This document shows positions 55,596-64,000 of a DNA stretch of 64,000 bases, piece after piece (position 1 is the first letter of the stretch; each line of letters opens with the position of its first letter). This stretch comes from Octopus vulgaris (lineage: Eukaryota). Made by a program: the position numbers and the translations under genes. The stretch covers positions 89,466,001 to 89,530,000 of the forward strand of contig OX597822.1 in assembly GCA_951406725.2 (NCBI GenBank). The letters are read 5' to 3'. Under the pieces are notes generated by a model. It searched no databases. It was given only the letters and a program-made list of their open reading frames with translations, and was not told the origin of the DNA.

Positions 55596-55871
55596 TATAT
55601 ACAACAGGCTTCTTTCAGTTTTCATTTACCAAATCCACTCATTCACAAGGCTTTGGTCAGCCTATGTAGAGTTTTTATTCTTACCTTTTTATTGTTTTGT
55701 CAGAAGAGTAGTGTCCATAACTCCTTTTATGGCCTCTGAAAACATCTGACACTACATTATCTAATGTACTTGCTTTTCGAAACAGTAGGAAGTAATTAGA
55801 GAGAAAATTGACAACTATTTCTATTTCTATTTGAAATTTTAAGATGTTTCCATTATTTTGTCCAACACCTG
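55596..55871 (+). other. Captured copy of 3283-3509 followed by a second right TIR
   Basis: 55596-55823 is near-identical to the right flank of Tc1 copy 1; 55830-55871 repeats the right terminus and is followed by TA. Confidence 0.9.
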
Positions 55872-56193
55872 TATATATACACATATGTATGTATATTTAT
55901 GTGTGCATATAGAGATATATGTGTATGTATATGTATGTATAGTTATGTACATATATATGTATGCATGTATATATGTGTCTATATATGTATATGTCATCAT
56001 CATCATCATCATCATCATCATCGGACGTTAAACGATGATGATGACATACATATATAGACATGTATATATACATACAAATATACTTATATATACATATACA
56101 TCCATATATATGTACATAAATATACATACATACATATACATACACACATATATATATGCACACATAAATATACAAACAAAAACATATATATGC

Positions 56194-56240
<47 letters not shown>

Positions 56241-56288
56241 GATTAAATAAAGTATAAGGATTTCAGTTCTCACCTCTTTATATATATA

Positions 56289-57124
56289 CTAGCTGCCATA
56301 CCTGGTAATTCCCAGGAAAGCAGAGCTTATCCCTTGGTTCCATTCTCATAATTGTTTTGCTAATCCAATAACAACCATACAAAGTATGTAGCCCTTAAAA
56401 CAGTTTTTTGTGTATTTACAGAGAATACCAAACTGTCTTACACAGGATCGGGATTTTTGGAATCCCCAATAAGTTATGAATACCCAAATTGTGAAGTATG
56501 TTATGTAATAACATGAAATTAGTTACCCGATAGTAAGAATTAAAAATAAAGTAGCTCCAAAAGGGCTTTAATACATTCCCAGAGTATATAGAACATAGGA
56601 GGAAATACTGATGAGGTATGTATACTAAAATCGTGAAGCATGTTACATAATAACAGGCTAATTAGATATGAGATAATAACAATTCAAAGTAGATAACTCT
56701 GAAAAGGGCTTTTGTTCATTCCCAGAGAATTACCTTGGGGGCGCTAGTGTTGGTATATTTGTGAATAAGTGGATCTATTGTTTAAGAAAATACTCTTTAC
56801 TTGTTTAAGGGTTGTACTGGATAAATTGTGAAAATAAGTCTAGCAGTTCAAATACTAAGAAATAAGCATACTCAATTTCATTTTCACCAAATAATTTAGG
56901 AAAAGGAATGGGTTATTTCCCTTGATATATATCAGATATATAAGGATCCCTTCCAGGGTCCCTATTATCAATTTTTTCAACAATCTGAGTATGCCATGAG
57001 GTTTCCAGACATGAGTTATGCTCAAGTGTCAAGTTTCATCAAAAGCGATGAAACGATGTAGGAGGAGTTAGATAACAGCTCTACAAACACATCCACAGAC
57101 AGAATTTCCCACATATGTAGTAGA
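56289..57124 (-). mobile_element. Non-autonomous Helitron
   Basis: The minus strand starts TCTACTACATATG and ends with hairpin cctgggaattaccagg then CTAG; similar isolated 3' ends at 42876 and 53896. Confidence 0.7.
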
Positions 57125-57274
57125 TACTTATATATATACATATACATACATTCATATACACACATAGATAGATATATACATATATATATAATCACACACA
57201 TATATATACACATATACATATATATATATATATTTATATATATACATATATGCAAAAATATAAATATATACATA

Positions 57275-60060
57275 TAGTGAGAATTTACAAAAGAACAAAA
57301 GACAAACACGGGTGTGTAAACAACAAACATGTATTAGTTTAATGCTCAGGAAGTGAGAAAGTCTTTTACGTTTTAAGCCTATGCTCTTTGACAAAAAGGA
57401 ACACAGAAATAAACAGGGAGAGAAAATAGAAAAAGGTATAGTGGCTAGCGATCTATCATGGCAAATGCTGGACAGAGGGGTCACACAGGAAAGCAAAGAA
57501 GAAGGGGAGATAATAAAGTAGTGGTGACCCCTACTGAGGAGGGAGTGCTCCACCTCAGAGAGGGGAAGATCTGGAGGGATGGTAACAACACACTAAAATG
57601 GAGAAGAGGTGGATGGGACAGGAGTAGGAGAGGTGGCCAAGGGGTAGATGGCTGGGAGGGGGTATGTGGGTGGAGGTTGGGTGTGACTGGGGGTTTGGTG
57701 AGGGTGGGGGAACGTACAAGGGAGAGAGGGGTAGGGGAGGAGTTGGGATAGTGGCATCGGGTTTGATGGAATGGAGGAGTGAATTGAGTTTACATTGTTT
57801 GGTGTGAGCGAGAAATTGATGAAAGAGATGATTTAAATAAACTATGTAATATAAAGAAGTGTTAGCATGGGAGGGCTACTGAGAGGAGAAGAACATGGAA
57901 AAAGCCAAAGGGAGAAGGCGGTCGATGGTGTGTATTTTGGAGAGATTAGAACGAATGGTGGCATGCATAAGGCGATAGGATGTAGTGCGGAGTATGGGTA
58001 GGATGGTTGAAGCAGAGTGGAGAGTGGGGTGGAACTGGAGGTGGAAACCTTTAGGGATGAGGCAGTGATGAAGGCAGCAACCGAGAAATGAAAGGTAACT
58101 GCAGAAGCGTGTTTTTTGAAAATTAGTAGGGAAAGGTTAATAGAAGGTTGAAAGCAGTGGAAAGGAGATATGGAAAGGTGATTCTTTAGGCAGAGGTGAA
58201 GGTGGAGAAGGAAAGGTTTGGAATCAGGCATGATTGAAAAATGAGAAGAAAAGAGAGAGAAAGGAGAAAAAAGGAAAAAGAGGGGGCGGGAGAGAAAGGC
58301 AATAAAGATGTGAAGAGGAAAAATTCAAAATATGTAGGGAGAAAAATGCAAAAGGCTTGAGAAGAAAAAATGCAAATGGCGTAAGGACAAATAAATACAA
58401 AAGGTGGGAGGAGAAGAAAAAATAAAAACAAGGAGAGGAAGAAGGAAGAAATAAATAGAAAGGTGAAGAAAGGGAGAAGAGAAGACAAAAGGGGAAAAGA
58501 AAGAGAGGGAGAGAGAAGCAAGGTAACAAGTACGGATTAAGAGAAACAACAATAGGAAAAATCAGAAAGTATAAAAAAGTTTAGAAAAGTTCAAAAGGTT
58601 CAAACGTCATGGTGTATTGGAGTGATTTCTCATCAATGGAAGAGTCCAGTGTAATCTATGGGTAGGAGAGGTTGTTTTTGTGTGTCATGTGCGATTATAT
58701 TTTAAAAATTAGTAGTTGAGCTAAAACTGATTTTTAAGTTATGTCTATTGAAGTGCTTTCTGTAACTATGATTGACTGGAAAATGTCTATCTATGAGCGA
58801 TAAGAAATATTTACCTATCTTAAAGGTCACTTCAGGGAAGTAGGGGTGTGTGAACCAGATAGTTTTCCTATTTCTATGTTTCCTTTTCTTTATTATTGGA
58901 CTGGTAACAGGTGTATAGGTTATTTTTTCGCTAAATCCACTATCTTTTAGAGCATTATTATATACTGGGGCAACACTATTAAAAATGTTCCTATTGGAGG
59001 AGAGGCTAGAAATTCTTTTGCTAATGTTTTTAACTAAATTTTTAAACATTATGGGGGGATGGAAGGAACCTACATCAATGTAACTAAGTCTATTGTTGGG
59101 CTTCCTATAAGGTTTGTAAATATTCTTATTTAAATCTAAGGATACATCTAGGAAATTGGCAACCATTAGGTTGGTATCTGTAGTTATGCTAAGACCAAAG
59201 CTTTCATCATTTGGATAATGTCCTTCCTAAACTGATCTTGTGCTGATCCATTGGCATTTGTGGTTAAAGCTAGGGCATCATCTTTGTAAATGGCGAAATA
59301 TACTTTAGGAAAAGTCTTGCCCAATATATCAAGCAGGAATAGTCCAATGAGATAGCATATGCCTGCTCCATCATATAAACCCATGCTCACATTGAAAGTA
59401 TCCTCTGTATCAGTAGTCTTGACCCACTTTGCATTCTCACTGAAGAGTAAAGTCTTTTTAGCAGGGAAGATTATGTCCTTATCTTGTGTACTAATTTCTA
59501 TAAATTCGCTTGTGAAGGTGAGGGCTTTATCTAGCAGTTCCTTAGAGATAGAGGCATAGAAATCGGCAATATTGAATTGCATAAATCTGACTTTATTCTT
59601 ATTCCTAATGGCTTTAAACCAGTCAATGACTTCTATACTATTGGACCATTGAGTAACCTAGTAACGTTTCTGACTTTTGCATTGATTTTTCCTAAAATTT
59701 CTTTACTAATAATACCAATTTCTGATTTAGCTGGGCTAATAAGCTTACATTTAGACAGAAAGTTCTTTTTATGGTCTTTAATAGCTATAAAGGCCTCTTT
59801 ATATTTAATTTACGTCTAGCGTTGATGATGCTTGCTTCTTTATTAATTTCGTTATAAATTTGTGCCCTAGCTTTAGTGTAATTATTAATAATGTTGTTGT
59901 GTAGGAGTTGGGAATATGTACTGTTTTCTACAAGGTATAAGTTCTTGGTTTTATCAGAAAGAAGTGCCATTTTTTTGGAACTCTTTATGTATTTGATATC
60001 TTTTTTCAGTTTCTGTTGAAAAGTGTTAAAAGACTTATGAAATTTTATTTTGTTCATGAG
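57275..60060 (-). mobile_element. Penelope-like retroelement (RT, endonuclease mostly deleted, long CT-rich 3' region, terminal repeat)
   Basis: DKTKNLY, QFNIADFYASI, MGLYDGAGICYLIG, IYKDDAL, NFLDVSLDL, YRKPN, HPP, IWF..P, LKISFS; CpG-decayed hammerhead-like motif at 57364-57398. Confidence 0.88.
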
Positions 60061-60077
60061 CTTCATATATACATACA

Positions 60078-60109
<32 letters not shown>

Positions 60110-61149
60110 CAAACATGTATATAAATACATAATGAAAGTAATTGACATTGAAACCATATAATAGTGAAAGTATTAATAGAGATTTTATTGTTGCATTTTT
60201 GACACGTAATATGGAAACAACGTAAGAGATAAGACATTGTACCAGGCTTGCATTAAGCAAGAAGCTGAAAATGTTTTTGGCCCATGACATTGCATGGACC
60301 CTAAGTAAAGCCTGTCTAAAATTTTAAGGAAATCTGTTGGATAGTTCTCAAGTTTTAGTGATGCACATAGACAGACACACATTCTGAGTTTTATATATAT
60401 GAATATACACTCACACACATTCATGCACTTACACACATATGTTTCTAGATTTGTATGCATTTATAAATATACATACATGAGCTTGTGCATGTATATGTAT
60501 AATTGTTTATAGAGGCAATGACAAGTGACCAAGACTTCTGGTGACTTGTTGTGCTTGAGAAGACACATCAAGCTACATGAAATTTTGATCATATCCAGTG
60601 CTGGTGATACATAAAAGGCATCTGTGCTGGTGACATATAAAAGACACTCAGTATGCTCTTTAAAGTGGTTGACATTAGGAAGGGCATCCAGCCATAGAAA
60701 CCAAGCTAAAATAGGCAACTGGAGCTTGCTGCAGCTCTCTGAAACTGTCAAACCCATGCCAGTATAGAAAATGGACATAAAATGATGATAATGATGACGA
60801 TGATGATATACACAAATTATATTCTAGAAAGTGTTCATAGCAACAGGTTTTAGATGAAGATACAACAAAAGACATATCTGCTGGCATGTTAAGATGCACT
60901 TTTTTTTTTTTTTACTTTTATATGTATCACATAATTGCCCTGTGTCTAATGTGGCTATACTTTGGATAGGAGACTGTATGTCATAGGGTAGAGAGCTGGA
61001 TGAACATTAAGTCCACTAGGCACAATCATTTTCAGAAATAATAAGACATTTGGAAACAAACCAAAATATCAACCTTGAACTCTGTTGCACATGCACACTA
61101 AGATATAACATCCTTACTCACTTCTGTTATTTATAGCAGTGCTTGGAAG

Positions 61150-61514
61150 TGATATGTGCAGAATGTGGTCATCTCAAAAATATTGGGTTTCAACTGTGCA
61201 GGATCTCATTGTGTCAAGGAAGACAAAAACTTTTTGAAAAGGGTCATAATAGGTATCAAATCATGGGTCTATGCCTATGACCCCAAAACCAAAGCTTGGA
61301 AAGAATCCCACTTGAAAGGAACAAAATTTCATGACATGAAGAACTATCCCATAAAAGGAGTTTCAGGAATGCTTCCATCAATGGAAATGATGCTAGATTA
61401 AGTGTGTGACTTCAGAAGGGGACCACTTCAAAGGAGATTAAATACTGAATTCATATGTGTTGTAATTTTTTTTTTTTATAGCACCAGTCCCGGTACTTTT
61501 TGATCAGACCTCAT
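61150..61514 (+). mobile_element. Mariner remnant, internally deleted
   Basis: NFLKRVIIG..SWVYAYDPKTK...LKGTKF...KCVTSEGDHFKGD*; right TIR tactttttgatcagacctca-ta. Confidence 0.75.
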
Positions 61515-61748
61515 ATTCTGTTTTGAATTTAACTTTATTCTTTATTTTAAGTTATTTATTCACTGAAAATGAATATATGATAATGAGATCAAAATAAAAT
61601 TGGAACATATTTGGAATTGTCTCCTGTATTTGCTGGTAAAATGGAAACAATATGATTTTTCTTTTCACTTGCTACATGATTATTTTTAGTTAGCGTTTTG
61701 AATGCTCCCTAACTGTATTATAGTGACCTTTCTGAGTTCTTTCTACAG

Positions 61749-61989
61749 AACACAACATTGCCAAGACATTGTGGAACAGCTTACATTTGTGGCACCATTC
61801 CAAAAAAACAACATATTAATTGAAGAAGACCATATCATAGAAGAAACCCTTAAAAGAGTGAATGAGAAACCCATTGTGTCAACAGCAGTGAAAGACATGA
61901 AGAATGTTTTCCATTTTACCAAGGAATGCTTAATTCATGGAAATCTCCAATTGGATTCCATTTATTTCACCTCTTCAAATAATGCTTAT
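61749..61989 (+). CDS. Methylthioribose kinase-like gene, coding exon 5 (gene continues beyond window)
   Basis: ctacag|(A)TQHCQDIVEQLTFVAPFQKNN...AVKDMKNVFHFTKECLIHGNLQLDSIYFTSSNNAY|gtaaat; aligns with MtnK LC.ITE.LVFT.PF and LK..F....E.LIHGDLH.GSI. Confidence 0.85.
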
Positions 61990-62208
61990 GTAAATATTAT
62001 ACTTTTTTTTTATTTTTGTTTTCAGGCATTTGGGTCTTGCTATCCTGGAACATTGTTGTGTGTATGTGTGTGTGTAGGTGGGGGGGGTTAATATTTGACT
62101 CTAAACACATACTGAATCCTTTCTTTAGTCAGTGTTTGTTGTTTTATGGTTCATTTTTAATATACAAAGTGAATACCAGAAGTTTTGGGACTTATTCAAG
62201 AGAGATAC

Positions 62209-62418
62209 TCTTTTAGTCTTTTACTTGCTTCAGTCATTTGACTGCGACCATGCTGGAGCACCGCCTTTAGTCGAGCAAATCAACCCCGGGACTTATTCTT
62301 TGTAAGCCCAGTACTTATTCTATCGGTCTCTTTTACCGAACCACTAAGTGATGGGGACGTAAACACACCAGCATCAGTTGTCAAGTAATGCTAAAACACA
62401 GACACACAAACATATACG

Positions 62419-62453
<35 letters not shown>

Positions 62454-62642
62454 AAATATATATATATGCATATATATACGACAGGCTTCTTTCAGTTTCC
62501 ATCTACCAAATCCACTCACAAGGCATTGGTCAGCCCGGGGCTATAGCAGAAGACACTTGCCCAAGATGCCACGCAGTGGGACTGAACCCGGAACCATGTG
62601 GTTGGTAAGCAAGCTACTTACCACACAGCCACTCCTGCGCCT
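62209..62642 (-). mobile_element. Full-length tRNA-derived SINE, well preserved
   Basis: The minus strand reads aggcgcaggagTGGCTGTGTGG...GGTTCAGTCCC (A and B boxes), with an internal microsatellite and aagtaaaaga tail. Confidence 0.85.
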
Positions 62643-62644
62643 AT

Positions 62645-63174
62645 TTCAAAGAAGTACAAAACTCTAATCTCCTTCAAAGTAGGATCCTCTGACTTCAATA
62701 CATTTGTTGTAGCACTCCAGCCTTGCCGTGACAGCACCATGTAAGTTCTCCAAAGTGAAGGTATCCAGGACATATAATAGTATAGATGATACCCTTTCAG
62801 TTGAAAAAGGAAACATCATAGGCTTCCTAGTTGACTTGCTTTGCTTGGCCTCTTGTGCCAGTGAAAAACATGCTCAGCTCATGCAAATTAATTGGACAGT
62901 TCATAAGTTTTTGTAGCATTTTCACCAAGTTTAACACAAAACTTTATTGACATTCCAGTTACATTCCGCAAACTAGTCAACTGTGACAAGCAGTGTTTTA
63001 ACATGATGTGTTCAAACTGCTGTTACAGCTGTCTCCTTCAATCTGGAATAAGAAAAGTTATCAGGACAGCTTATTAGATGTATAGTAATGATACACTAAA
63101 ATTACAGTAATCTAGGACAACTATCACTGCCTCACTTAAAAAAAAAGATCCTAAAACATCTGGAATGCACCTTG
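62645..63174 (-). mobile_element. Mariner remnant
   Basis: Minus-strand C-terminus ECYNKCIEVRGSYFEGD*; caaggtgcattcc terminus at 63174. Confidence 0.6.
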
Positions 63175-63179
63175 TGTGT

Positions 63180-63261
<82 letters not shown>

Positions 63262-64000
63262 ATGTGTGTGTATTATAATCTTCATTTTAAAAAACCACTT
63301 TGCCTTGTTTGTTTGGGTCAAATAGAGTTTTTTTGAGGCAAATGCTTTATGATCAAATGCTCTTCCTGTCCTGACAACTTTTCTTATTCCAGATTGAAGG
63401 AGACAGCTGTAACAGCAGTTTGAACACATTTTAAAATAAATGAAACTTGAAAAATATTTTTTAAATATCATTGTAATCTACTAGATAAGATTCGTGTAAA
63501 TCCAAAGAAATCATCTAAAACAAAAACAAAAAAAGTTTTATGGTGTGCTTTGATAAGAACTCCAACTTTTTGAAACAATAAATTTATACAGAACTAGCTT
63601 ATAAGCCACACTCTATGCGGACTTTTAATCTAGCTCCTGCAGAGGGCTAATTGGGCCTACAGCCCAAAACTAAAGACAGCTAAATAGCATGACTCTTAAT
63701 ACATCTATAATGACTATATACCCCGGTGGTGTTTGATCAGAGGTTAAGGACGGATGAGAATTAATTCTGTAATGCAATCATTCTATTGTTCCAGTCCCAA
63801 GTTGAATTCCAACTGTTGGCCAATTTGTCCCCAAAGTTTATATCTCAACGTGAAAGTTACAAAACGAATGTCATTTACCTCCCCCTTGATCTCTGATAAA
63901 TGTCAAACAAATTGGCGTGAATCAGTTAAGAAATAGCAACCTGCTAGAACTAGCAACCCAAATGCTTTTAAATCAGATCCCAATGCTGGATGTTCAAGAA

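Noticed and set aside
56609-56635. CTGATGA followed by a short stem as a hammerhead
   Set aside because: No GAAA, stem III or stem I; lies inside a Helitron.
57458-58552. F/L/S-rich and G/R-rich ORFs
   Set aside because: Low-complexity purine/pyrimidine-skewed 3' region of the Penelope element.
62027-62062. Next MTK-like exon candidate AFGSCYPGTLLC
   Set aside because: It would need a 37-nt intron and lacks the expected DxE motif.
62560-62642. tRNA gene
   Set aside because: A and B boxes are present, but it is the head of a multi-copy SINE with no complete cloverleaf.

Overview
AT-rich, microsatellite- and transposon-dense animal DNA. The repeat content and the domain-less tandem C2H2 genes point to a coleoid cephalopod, probably Octopus (inference). 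Left part (1-23.3 kb): four minus-strand C2H2 zinc-finger loci (three open ORFs, one pseudogene). Three of them share a duplicated layout: non-coding first exon, intron, long untranslated leader, single coding exon. Middle (23.7-27.9 kb): a decayed Tx1/L1-clade LINE that keeps its 5' end but lacks its 3' end. Right part (30-62 kb): five plus-strand exons that the ORF track largely misses. They splice in phase into a 261-aa N-terminal portion of a methylthioribose-kinase (MtnK/MTK)-like protein with altered catalytic motifs (DGNLN->DGQFS, HGDLH->HGNLQ); the gene continues past the window. Scattered throughout are DD36E-type Tc1, mariner and maT remnants, non-autonomous Helitrons, MITEs/foldbacks, tRNA-derived SINEs, RTE and CRE fragments, and Penelope-like elements with hammerhead-ribozyme-like motifs. 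One Tc1 copy carries a templated copy of the flank of another Tc1 located 52 kb away. All calls come from reading the sequence by eye; no database searches were run.
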